A model generated the notes under the pieces. That model was not told the DNA's origin and did no database searches. It saw only the letters and a list, made by a program, of their open reading frames with translations. 64,000 bases of DNA from Candidatus Liptonbacteria bacterium (GTDB lineage: Bacteria > Patescibacteriota > Minisyncoccia > UBA6257 > 2-01-FULL-56-20), in contig JACQBP010000040.1 of NCBI GenBank assembly GCA_016194445.1, positions 20,402 to 84,401 on the forward strand, read 5' to 3'. The first letter of the stretch is position 1; each line of letters starts with the position of its first letter. Both the position numbers and the translations under genes were made by a program. Shown in pieces: positions 18,983 through 28,024 of this stretch.

Positions 18983-20155
18983 CTAATGCTCCTGTGTAAA
19001 GTCACGGATCTGCTCAACTGCTTTTTGAAGTTCCTGCAATGGAGCGGCAAAACTGAGACGTACATACCCGGGCGCAAGAAAGGCTTCTCCGGGAACCACG
19101 GCTATTTTTTTCTCATCAAGGAGACGGGCGCACCACTTGGCAGACGTGCGGATCTTTCCTTTAAGAAGACGGCGAACATCAATGAAGAAATAAAAGGCTC
19201 CCTCTGGCGGCGCGAAGGAGATCCCATTGATTTTTGAGAGCGCGTTGATTAGAAATTGTCTCCGAGTTTGAAACTCCCGAAACATAAGATTTAACGACTT
19301 TTGAGAACCGGAAAGAGCGGCAAGCGCGGCCTTTTGCGCGATAGAGGAAGTGTTTGAAGTAGTTTGGCTCTGAAGCGAGGTGATGGCCTGAATGATCCAC
19401 TTGGGGCCGGCAGCGTATCCAATTCGCCACCCAGTCATCGCGTAAGCTTTAGAAAATCCATTGACGGTGAGAGTGAGCTCCTCGATACCCGCACCGAGCG
19501 ACGCGATAGAGTGGTGTTGGCCTTTGTAAAAAATCTTCTCGTAAATCTCATCGGATATAACGAAGAAGCCTTTTTTCTTCGCAAGATGCGCGATTTTGAT
19601 CAATTCAGATTTTTTAATCACCGCTCCGGTGGGATTAGAGGGACTATTCAGAAGGAGAGCTTTAGTGTGGCGAGAAACCTTATTTTGAACATCTTGAGCG
19701 GTAAGTTTAAACGGAGGGAGAAGCGGAATAAAAACGGGGGTGGCGCCGGAAAGCTTAATTTGTTCAACGTAGGTAGTCCAGGTGGGAGTGGGAACTAAGA
19801 CCTCATCCCCGCGACCACAGAGCGCTTGAAATGCATGGTAGAGAACTTGTTTTGTCCCCACGCCGACAACGATTTCGCTGGGCTGGTAATGGATATGGTT
19901 GTCACTCAATAATTTTCGAGTAATGGCTTTCCGAAGCTCAAGAATACCCGGCGTTTCGGTGTAGTGCGTAAAACCTCTTGCCATCGCCAACGCCGCCGCC
20001 CTTCGGATATAAAGAGGGGTTGGAAAATCAGGTTCTCCTAGCCCGAGGTTAATAACCGGGATACCGGATGTCTGTAGGGCTTTGACTTTTTCATCAAGCG
20101 CGAGAGTGGGCGAAGAAGAGAGGTGTTGCACTCGGGAAGATAAAGCATCTCTCAT
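18983..20155 (-). CDS. class I/II PLP aminotransferase (AspAT-like)
   Basis: NPTGAV and SKAYAMTGWRIGY (PLP lysine region); 390 aa. Confidence 0.65.
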   Translation of the reverse strand: MRDALSSRVQHLSSSPTLALDEKVKALQTSGIPVINLGLGEPDFPTPLYIRRAAALAMARGFTHYTETPGILELRKAITRKLLSDNHIHYQPSEIVVGVGTKQVLYHAFQALCGRGDEVLVPTPTWTTYVEQIKLSGATPVFIPLLPPFKLTAQDVQNKVSRHTKALLLNSPSNPTGAVIKKSELIKIAHLAKKKGFFVISDEIYEKIFYKGQHHSIASLGAGIEELTLTVNGFSKAYAMTGWRIGYAAGPKWIIQAITSLQSQTTSNTSSIAQKAALAALSGSQKSLNLMFREFQTRRQFLINALSKINGISFAPPEGAFYFFIDVRRLLKGKIRTSAKWCARLLDEKKIAVVPGEAFLAPGYVRLSFAAPLQELQKAVEQIRDFTQEH

Positions 20156-20180
20156 GGGCGTATTATACCGCAGAAACTCC

Positions 20181-22016
20181 TTACTCCAGCTTCTGCCATC
20201 CCTCTTTTTCTTTTTTCCTCGGAAGTGGATCCACGATCATATTCCCAAGAAATTCTTCATCAGGTAGATAGGGTTGCATGTCTTCAAGCGGCCTTCCAAA
20301 ATTAAGTCTGGGAACAAGCGTTTGGTTGGTATCGATGAGTACATTACAGATGACAGGCCGGTCGCTTTTCAAAGCTTTCTCGATAGCGCCCGCCATTTCG
20401 TCGGGTTTCTCGACAGCAAAGGCATCAATCCCATAGGCCTCGGCAACCTTTACAAAGTCTGGCATGGAGTAACCACCCTCGGGAGTGCTGGCGTAATAGC
20501 GACCATCAAAATAATTATCTTGGAACAGCTTGATAATACCCATACTGCGATTGTTAAGAATAAAAAGCTTAATCGGCAATTTATAGTGCGCGATAGTTTG
20601 AAGTTCTTGAATATTGAGCTGGACGCCACCATCGCCATCTAGACAAACAATCTTCTTCCCCGGAGCGGCGAAGGCAGCGCCAATAGCGCCGGGGACCGCG
20701 TATCCCATCGGAGAATTGGCAAAGGCCGTGAGTAACTTTTGACCAGATTTGATTTGCCATGATTGCATCGTCCAGACCAAATTGCCACCCTCGTCAACAA
20801 CAATAATCTCTCCTGGTTTAACGTGATCAGAGAGAGTTCGAACGAATGAGTAAGCATTAATGAAGGGCTGATTAAAATATTCAGGAAGTACTGAAGGATA
20901 TTTAAGCCACCATTCGTTCGTTTTCTTAACCCACAAATCCGCGTCAGGAATTTTCGCCGTCGCGAGTTCTTCCAGCACTCCGGCAAGAAACTCTTGGGCA
21001 TCCCCACAAACCTCGATGGCTGGTTTAAAATCTCGATACTTCTTAAACTCGGCCGGGTCAATATCAACCATAACGACCTTGGCGTTACGGGCAAACCAAT
21101 CGACTTTGCCACCAGTTTGCCGAGAGTCTAACCGAGAACCAACCGAGAGGATAAAATCACTGTTCTGGATAACAAAATTAGCCGCTCGGTTTGAATAAAC
21201 TCCCAGTGAACCTCGAAAGAGTGGGTGGTCGTGGGGAATAATATCAAAACCACCCCAGGACACCACCACCGGGATACCTAACTTCTCAAGAAGAATCCGG
21301 GCCGACTCTTCGGCTTTCGCGTGTTTGACTCCTCCACCAAGCAGAAAAACCGGTCGCTTAGAATTAGATAACAAGGCAACAGTTTCGCTCGCTTTTTTTC
21401 TTAAAATATTTTTAGGATCTGTGGAGGAATCGCTTGTTGCGGGTGGAGTAAATCCTTCGAGTAAATCAACATCGATATCAGTAACTTGAAGGTTCATAGG
21501 GAGATCAATTAGAACTGGCCCCGGTCTCCCGGTGGTGGCAATCCAATAGGCTTTTTCTAATTCGTAGCGGATGCGTGAGGGATCAGAAATCCAAATCGCA
21601 TATTTCGTGATGGGTTTTACGATATTCACAATATCGGTTTCTTGAAAGCCGAGTTGACGAGGACGCAGGGGTCCCTCGACGCTCTCAATGGATTCCCGAA
21701 CATTAACCTGACCAGTGATGAAAAGAGCGGGGATAGAATCAAAATAACAATCACAAATCCCTGTGATTAAATTAGTTGCCCCGGGGCCGCTGGTAGCGAT
21801 GGCAACGCCGATGCCGGGTCCGATGCGTGAATAGTTCTCGGCAGCCATGGCAGCGGCTTGCTCGTGTTGCATGCAGACATAGTTCAAATCCCCTTTTTCC
21901 GCAAACCGTCTTCCAATGGCATCTACTAGATGCGCCACGGAACCACCGGTTACTGAAAAGATATGTTGGGTGCCGCGCTTGGCTATAAAATCCACAAGAT
22001 AATCAGTCAGTTTCAT
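20181..22016 (-). CDS. thiamine-pyrophosphate enzyme of the acetolactate synthase large-subunit family
   Basis: N-terminal TPP-Pyr domain (GGSVAHLVDAI...GPGATNLITGI) and C-terminal TPP-PP GDGG motif (LDGDGGVQLN); 611 aa. Confidence 0.7.
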   Translation of the reverse strand: MKLTDYLVDFIAKRGTQHIFSVTGGSVAHLVDAIGRRFAEKGDLNYVCMQHEQAAAMAAENYSRIGPGIGVAIATSGPGATNLITGICDCYFDSIPALFITGQVNVRESIESVEGPLRPRQLGFQETDIVNIVKPITKYAIWISDPSRIRYELEKAYWIATTGRPGPVLIDLPMNLQVTDIDVDLLEGFTPPATSDSSTDPKNILRKKASETVALLSNSKRPVFLLGGGVKHAKAEESARILLEKLGIPVVVSWGGFDIIPHDHPLFRGSLGVYSNRAANFVIQNSDFILSVGSRLDSRQTGGKVDWFARNAKVVMVDIDPAEFKKYRDFKPAIEVCGDAQEFLAGVLEELATAKIPDADLWVKKTNEWWLKYPSVLPEYFNQPFINAYSFVRTLSDHVKPGEIIVVDEGGNLVWTMQSWQIKSGQKLLTAFANSPMGYAVPGAIGAAFAAPGKKIVCLDGDGGVQLNIQELQTIAHYKLPIKLFILNNRSMGIIKLFQDNYFDGRYYASTPEGGYSMPDFVKVAEAYGIDAFAVEKPDEMAGAIEKALKSDRPVICNVLIDTNQTLVPRLNFGRPLEDMQPYLPDEEFLGNMIVDPLPRKKEKEGWQKLE

Positions 22017-22100
22017 AAAATTTATAATATTCAGCTCAACTGCTGTTTATGTTGGCTTTTCGAACAGAGGGATGGGGTGGAGGTAATATTTGAGATTGTT

Positions 22101-23231
22101 TTAGTTTTGAATGCAGAATTGATGAATAGCCTCGCAAACATAATGAATGTCTTTGGGTTTTAAATATTGGTGGATGGGGAGGGTGACCATGGTTTCGGCT
22201 TGCTTTTCGCAGACCGGAAAATCTCCTTTCTTATATCCCAAATACTTAGCGGCTTCTTGAAGATGAATAGGGATGGGATAATGGACCAAAGCCTCAATCC
22301 CTTGGTTTTTCAAAAATTTAATAAGTTCTTTTTGCTGCTCAGTCTGGATGACGTAAAGGGTGTAGATTGGTTTCACTGGCACTTTGCACAAATCTCGCTT
22401 GGGGATGTGGACTTTCGGCTCTAAATCGGAAAGGAGTTGGTCGTAAAGTGCTGCATTCTGAGCTCTTTTTTCGGTATTTCCTTCAACTTCACTTAAAACG
22501 ATGCTCGCGATGGCGGCTTGAATCGTATCAAGTCGGCTGTTGTGAGCAAAAAAGATAACTTCGTCGCGATTTTTCAACCCGTGGTTCCTCCAAAGCCGAA
22601 GCTTCTCGGCGAGTGCATCGTTGTTGGTAGTAATCATACCGCCGTCACCCCAAATGTTGACGATTTTTTGTGGGTGAAAACTGAACCCAGCGGCATCACC
22701 AAAAGAACCGACATACTTATTGTCGTACATAACTGACGAAGACTGGGCGGCATCTTCGATGACAAAAAGATTGTGACGCTTGGCAATGTCTAAAATAGGA
22801 TACATGTCCGCAGGATTGCCAAAAAGGTGGACTGGGACGATGGCTCGAGTTTTTGAAGTGATGGCTTTTTCTACCGCCTCCGGGTCGATAGTGTAATCGT
22901 CGCGCACATCAGCGAAGACTGGTCTAGCGCCGGCGGTAGCGATAGCCCCAGCGGTGGCGATGAAACTGTTTGGAGCAGTAATAACTTCATCGCCTTCTTT
23001 AATGCCTAAAGCACGAAAGGAAAGGAAGAGGGCATCAGTACCGTTGCCGACGCCGATGGCATGCTTGATCCCGAATTTTTTTGCGTATTCTAACTCAAAA
23101 TCTCTTGCTTCTTGACCAAGAGTAAAATCGCCCCTTTTGGCAATTTCTTGAATTTTGAGAAGGAAGCGTTCGGGGTTTTTGAACTGTTCGGTTAGATATA
23201 CATAGCGAACTTTCCAGTTAGGCTGTTCCAT
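22101..23231 (-). CDS. DegT/DnrJ/EryC1/StrS-family sugar aminotransferase
   Basis: GDEVITAPNSFIATAG and the FHPQK.. lysine region; 376 aa. Confidence 0.7.
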   Translation of the reverse strand: MEQPNWKVRYVYLTEQFKNPERFLLKIQEIAKRGDFTLGQEARDFELEYAKKFGIKHAIGVGNGTDALFLSFRALGIKEGDEVITAPNSFIATAGAIATAGARPVFADVRDDYTIDPEAVEKAITSKTRAIVPVHLFGNPADMYPILDIAKRHNLFVIEDAAQSSSVMYDNKYVGSFGDAAGFSFHPQKIVNIWGDGGMITTNNDALAEKLRLWRNHGLKNRDEVIFFAHNSRLDTIQAAIASIVLSEVEGNTEKRAQNAALYDQLLSDLEPKVHIPKRDLCKVPVKPIYTLYVIQTEQQKELIKFLKNQGIEALVHYPIPIHLQEAAKYLGYKKGDFPVCEKQAETMVTLPIHQYLKPKDIHYVCEAIHQFCIQN

Positions 23232-23274
23232 AATAAGCGAATTGTACTATAAGAATTTAGGGCTGGCAAGAATT

Positions 23275-24288
23275 TTATTTTAATTTGATTTCCTGCATGG
23301 TCTTCACGTTAAAATATTTGGTGTTGTTGAGTGAGTCTTCAAATTTTCCTGCTTTAAACGCTTCGATAAGGTCAGAAACAGCTCCACGGATGTCTCTTTT
23401 GGGTTTAAATCCTAGTTCTTTAAATATTTTCTCGGATGATATGTGGTAGGATCTTTTGTCGTCGCCGGCTTCTTGATGGTTAACCTTAACACTATTGCCA
23501 CTTGAGGATTCGACCTCCGATTTGACGATGTTGGCAATTTCAGAAACGGTATAGTTTCTGGCGCCAGCGTTGAAAACTTTAGAGTGAATTTTTTCACTAG
23601 GATGCGATAGGAGGTCAGAATAAAGATCGGTAATGTCTTCAATGTGGATGTTGGGCCTTTTTTGCTCGCCACCAAAAACAGTGATAATACCTTTACTCCA
23701 AGCGTGATTAGTTAAAATGTTTACTGTTAGATCAAAACGCATGCGAGGAGAATAGCCGCAAACCGTTGCCGACCGGATCGCCACTGCAGTAAAATAAGGG
23801 GCTCCTTCTTTCATTAAGATTTCTTCGCCTAACACTTTGAATTTGGAATAATCAGTGAGTGGTTCAAGGGGCAAATCTTCGGTGATGTTTTCTTCCTGTT
23901 TTAAACCATAGACACTCGAGGTGGAGGCAAAGATGAAACGTTTCACTTCAGCTTGGCGCGCGTGGGATACGACCTTGATCATGGCGTCGTAGTTAATTGA
24001 TTTGCCAAGTTCGGGATTTAACTCAAAACTCGGATCGTTAGAAATACAGGCAAGATGAATAACGGCATCAACGCCCAGAAGGGCTTCGCTCAGAGTATTG
24101 TCATTACGGATATCGCCATGAATTTCTTCGAGGTTGGAATTTCGGTAACCGGCAAAAACGTTAGGTTCATATAAATACAAATCAAGCACTTTGACGCGAT
24201 AGCCTTTCTTTAATAGTTTGGGAACTAAAACAGAGCCGACGTATCCAGCCCCGCCAGTGACTAAAACCGTCTGGATATTACTCATCAT
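23275..24288 (-). CDS. NAD-dependent epimerase/dehydratase (extended SDR)
   Basis: VLVTGGAGYVGS Rossmann motif; 337 aa. Confidence 0.65.
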   Translation of the reverse strand: MMSNIQTVLVTGGAGYVGSVLVPKLLKKGYRVKVLDLYLYEPNVFAGYRNSNLEEIHGDIRNDNTLSEALLGVDAVIHLACISNDPSFELNPELGKSINYDAMIKVVSHARQAEVKRFIFASTSSVYGLKQEENITEDLPLEPLTDYSKFKVLGEEILMKEGAPYFTAVAIRSATVCGYSPRMRFDLTVNILTNHAWSKGIITVFGGEQKRPNIHIEDITDLYSDLLSHPSEKIHSKVFNAGARNYTVSEIANIVKSEVESSSGNSVKVNHQEAGDDKRSYHISSEKIFKELGFKPKRDIRGAVSDLIEAFKAGKFEDSLNNTKYFNVKTMQEIKLK

Positions 24289-24300
24289 TGGACATAGGGC

Positions 24301-25836
24301 CTAGTTTTTGAGCAGAGTGTTGATAGATTTTAACAAGGTGTTGGATTCAACGGAATGTTTGTTGCCCACGATAGTGACAGCTAGAGCTCCGACGGCATTA
24401 CCGATAAAACCGGCGGCTTCTACGGGCAGGCCAGCCCGGACTAAGGGCGAGGTGATGGCTAGAAAAGCATCACCGGCGCCAACCCGATCGAGAACACGAG
24501 TCGAGAGTACAGGAACTTTGTAAAGTTTTTTACCATCATACGATAAACAGCCCTCGTGGCCGAGGGTAACGATGATTCTTTTGGCCTTAAGTTTGTTGGT
24601 AACGGCGGCTAAAATTTCTTTCCATTCGTCCAGAGAAGCGACTTCTTTTTTCTTGGTGATCAGTCGGGCTTCTAAGTGATCAATACAGACAAAATCGGCG
24701 CGCGGATATTTGGTGGCCATATTGAAGCCAAAGTTAGCGCTGTTGGTTTGAGTATTCAAGGCCAGAAAGGGAGCATTGTGACTGAGGTAATCAATGAGGC
24801 GAGGAGTGAGGAGTCCGTGGCCGTAGTCTGCCACGATGACTAAATCATACATGGGTAAAACTTTTTTTAAATGGCTTAGAATTTTTTTCTCAAGAGCTTC
24901 GGGAATGAGCGAGTCTACGAAGTAGTAGACTTCAAACATTTTAGTTAGAAGTGGAGAGTCAATGAATCGCCGTTTGACGATGGTAGGGGCGGTGGGGTGA
25001 TAGAAAAATTGGGGCCGAACATTGGATTTTAGATGGGCTCGAATGAACTTTTCCTTGCTGTCTTTGGCGCCAAGACAAGTAAGGAGGTCAACTTGTTTGC
25101 AGTAACTAGTGAGGTGGTTCGCGCAAGCGATGGAGCCGCCGGCAAAAGCCTCTTCGTGTTCGTACCGAGCGGCAATAATGATATCTTTGGGCGTTTTATT
25201 CATGGCTCGCACATAGTGATACTCGTCAATAATCGCCTCGCCGATGATTAAAACTTTGTAATTTTTGATTTTTTCGAAGTAGCCCAAGATGTCTTCGAGG
25301 CTGAACCTTTTTTGAAATCCTTGGAGGAATTCTTGGGTGGCTTCGGGATAGGGAGTCAAAAAATTATTAATTAGTTTAGTGGAGCTGAAGGTGATGTCAT
25401 CGGTAAACTCGATTTTGCCTCCGACCTTTTTGACAGCTTCAGTTTCCTTATTAATACCGCCGCTGCTAATGGCCCTTTTCTTGCCGTATTCATTACCTTT
25501 GATATAAAAACTGGGTCGCACCGCATAAATGGCCGGAACGGCGGTGGGAGCATCATTCACGGCCACAAAATCAACGGCCGTCAAAGAAGCGACAGCTTCG
25601 GCTCTTAATTGCTCATTAAAGATGGGCCGGTCAGGACCTTTGTTGACATAACGATCCGAAGTAACGGTGACCACTAAGATATCCCCTCTTTTTTTAGCGG
25701 CGGCGAAATGGCGGATGTGGCCAGGATGGAGTAAATCAAAGACACCGTGGCATTGGACGATGCGTTTATGCTTGGCTTTCAAATCACGAAGTACGGGCGC
25801 AAGATTATTAAGTTTGTAAACTTTATTGACTGCCAT
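24301..25836 (-). CDS. bifunctional cytidylyltransferase + PfkB sugar kinase (HldE-like, reversed domain order)
   Basis: N-terminal CHGVFDLLHPGHIRHF adenylyl/cytidylyltransferase domain; C-terminal PfkB domain ending in DRVGAGDAFLA; 511 aa. Confidence 0.6.
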   Translation of the reverse strand: MAVNKVYKLNNLAPVLRDLKAKHKRIVQCHGVFDLLHPGHIRHFAAAKKRGDILVVTVTSDRYVNKGPDRPIFNEQLRAEAVASLTAVDFVAVNDAPTAVPAIYAVRPSFYIKGNEYGKKRAISSGGINKETEAVKKVGGKIEFTDDITFSSTKLINNFLTPYPEATQEFLQGFQKRFSLEDILGYFEKIKNYKVLIIGEAIIDEYHYVRAMNKTPKDIIIAARYEHEEAFAGGSIACANHLTSYCKQVDLLTCLGAKDSKEKFIRAHLKSNVRPQFFYHPTAPTIVKRRFIDSPLLTKMFEVYYFVDSLIPEALEKKILSHLKKVLPMYDLVIVADYGHGLLTPRLIDYLSHNAPFLALNTQTNSANFGFNMATKYPRADFVCIDHLEARLITKKKEVASLDEWKEILAAVTNKLKAKRIIVTLGHEGCLSYDGKKLYKVPVLSTRVLDRVGAGDAFLAITSPLVRAGLPVEAAGFIGNAVGALAVTIVGNKHSVESNTLLKSINTLLKN

Positions 25837-26014
25837 AGTGATGGAGGTAGTAAATGATTTTACTTACTCTTAAAGACTGATTTAAGTGTTATTATTCTAT
25901 GTTAATCATTTATTTTCGTCAATTTTGTGTAAATGGAAACGGCGAGCTCGAATCTTCGAACCCGCCGTTGGTTTTTGGGTTTGGCCTCACTCCTTGAGGT
26001 AATTCCCTGGTTGC

Positions 26015-26560
26015 TTAGGCGCTGGGAATGAGGGCGCGGTATTTCTTGATCAACTCTCGCGCCAAGAGAGTGATGTGTAACTGGCCGTAAACTCGCTCGA
26101 CGGTGGTGACGAGTTTTTTCATAAACTCAATCCACTCGCCAAGGATCTGAGGATAGAAATCGCCGCCATCATAGAGCGTCGCGGTTTTATCGTAGAGCTT
26201 TAGGAGTTGAATCAGTGGCGGCTTACTTAGAACTGCAACTTTCTCTTCCTCAAATCCTCCCTGATAGGTCATCTCATCAACAAGACGCCTGACTTCTTCG
26301 GGTAGATCGTTGGGAAGATCGGCGGAGGTGTCCTCGAAGACATCATGGAAAAGAAGCGCATACGCTCCAGGAATTCGAATGTTCTCTGGTAATTGGGTAT
26401 CCAGAAGGAGCATCACCGCACACCAGAGAGAGTGGGTCCAGTAGGGATTTTTTTCTCCGTTCTGGAAGGTACGGACCGCCTTCGCATTAGGTCGTGTGTG
26501 ATTGTTATGCGCCTCCGCGGCGGCAATAAGGTGTTGGAGGAATACCTGCGTATTGAGCAT
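26015..26560 (-). CDS. HD-domain phosphohydrolase (YfbR-like 5'-nucleotidase family)
   Basis: H...ALLFHDVFED HD motif; 181 aa; in a GC-richer segment. Confidence 0.5.
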   Translation of the reverse strand: MLNTQVFLQHLIAAAEAHNNHTRPNAKAVRTFQNGEKNPYWTHSLWCAVMLLLDTQLPENIRIPGAYALLFHDVFEDTSADLPNDLPEEVRRLVDEMTYQGGFEEEKVAVLSKPPLIQLLKLYDKTATLYDGGDFYPQILGEWIEFMKKLVTTVERVYGQLHITLLARELIKKYRALIPSA

Positions 26561-26596
26561 GCGATCACCTCGATGGGTTGGTTTGAGCCGTAACCC

Positions 26597-27283
26597 TTAT
26601 AGCTGGCTGGCGGTTTGATACCAGATCGAATCCGGAGATTGGATCAGGCCCCAGCACCTGAAGCGCCAGAGGGCGGCTTGGGTGAGACTACAGATGGTTT
26701 TGATCTTACGCACCTCTTCGGGAGGGAAGAATCGCACATGATCGATCTCTTCGTTTGGTTCGGGATGTGATCCAGAAGATCCCAGACCTACCAAAGTCGC
26801 GAAGAGTTCGTGGGCGGCTCCACTAAGCGCTGGGAGGGCGTGGACAAAACCGATGGAGGCCGCCTCTACGACTTTGAGTCTCATTTCCTCCAGCACTTTC
26901 TCTAAAGGAGTGAGAGCGAGGCCATGAACAGCCTCGTATTCCTCGATGCCGGAGCCATACTTTAGAACGCCCAGGATCTGGCTGGGATCTCTGGCGAACG
27001 CAACCGCCGAAATCTCTGGCGGAATGACACTGAACCGCCGATGGAAAACAAACCCCAGATGTCCATCGGACTGACGAATCACGATATGAAGTTCACCCCG
27101 CCGTGATTCAATGGCGATGCCTTCATAGGCCACCTCTCCGGTTGATACATTAACCGCATCGATGATTTGGATGGCCGCGCCGTGAATTGCGTTTTCGAGT
27201 CGGCGTTTCCTCGGATCCCACCGCCATTGTTTTCCAAACCGGCTCTCGGGTCCGGGTGGACGGACGATTAGTCTTGTGCTCAC
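26597..27283 (-). CDS. hypothetical protein (228 aa), possibly a degenerate NUDIX-fold
   Basis: Intact ORF in the GC-rich segment; no clear motif. Confidence 0.35.
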   Translation of the reverse strand: MSTRLIVRPPGPESRFGKQWRWDPRKRRLENAIHGAAIQIIDAVNVSTGEVAYEGIAIESRRGELHIVIRQSDGHLGFVFHRRFSVIPPEISAVAFARDPSQILGVLKYGSGIEEYEAVHGLALTPLEKVLEEMRLKVVEAASIGFVHALPALSGAAHELFATLVGLGSSGSHPEPNEEIDHVRFFPPEEVRKIKTICSLTQAALWRFRCWGLIQSPDSIWYQTASQL

Positions 27284-27521
27284 TCATAACTCCTTTCTAT
27301 GAAAATAGCTACCGTTAAATTCGTTTCCGTGGGTTAGCTCAAGATGCCAAAAAGCTGACTATATTATACTGATGATGAAAGAGAAGTCAAAAACCACGGG
27401 CTTTAGCCTGTGGTTTGAGAGTTGTTCTCTCCTGCGAGAGAAACTGGCTTGACCCTCAGCCTAAAGACCGGGGCTTGCGCTTGGAGTGTCAACGCGGGGA
27501 TGCGGAGCCGTGATATTGCAA

Positions 27522-27923
27522 TCACGGCTCCACTCGACGACCAGCAAGGAAATCCTCAAATCGCTTCCTTTCTTGTCTTTTTCTCTGTCTCTCGTCGAGA
27601 TGGCACCATATCCAATCTATCCACCAAATTGGCACAGCGCCAACGAGTGTAACGGAAAGATGCCAGTGACCCCAAAAAGGGATGGTGGGGTTCACGCGAG
27701 CTTGTTCCAGATCGGCGAGAAAAAAGGTGACGACAAAAAAAGACAGGAGACCGATTCCAAGGATGTGGGACTTTTCAAGCCAACCACCGACGATAACGCC
27801 AATGGCGCCCATGAAAATTCCTTGCAGGACAGTGAATCCAAGGTGCTTAGTAGCGATCACTGAAGTAACGAGAAACAAGGCAGTGAAGCCTATGGTTTCT
27901 CGCTTGGACCTTGTGGGTGACAA
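27522..27923 (-). CDS. hypothetical small membrane protein
   Basis: 133 aa with several hydrophobic helices; preferred over the overlapping + strand ORFs, which are less protein-like. Confidence 0.3.
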   Translation of the reverse strand: MSPTRSKRETIGFTALFLVTSVIATKHLGFTVLQGIFMGAIGVIVGGWLEKSHILGIGLLSFFVVTFFLADLEQARVNPTIPFWGHWHLSVTLVGAVPIWWIDWIWCHLDERQRKRQERKRFEDFLAGRRVEP

Positions 27924-28024
27924 GTGTGCCTCCTAGTTTCAACCCAAATCCACGTGGATTTGGGGCTGGCCACAATATAGGACTTTAAAAAAATAAAGTC
28001 AAGCCGACTAACTTTCTTTTTTAG

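Noticed and set aside
25934-25975. Hairpin aacggcg...cgccgtt downstream of the reversed HldE as a tRNA fragment or terminator
   Set aside because: The loop 'ctcgaatcttcgaaccc' superficially resembles a T-arm but no acceptor or anticodon arms fit. No U-tract on the strand where a gene ends, so not annotated.
27422-27936. Plus-strand ORFs 27422..27652, 27486..27863, 27682..27936 opposite the small membrane protein
   Set aside because: Translations are compositionally odd and mutually overlapping; the minus-strand frame gives a plausible multi-TM protein co-directional with the operon. Still low confidence.
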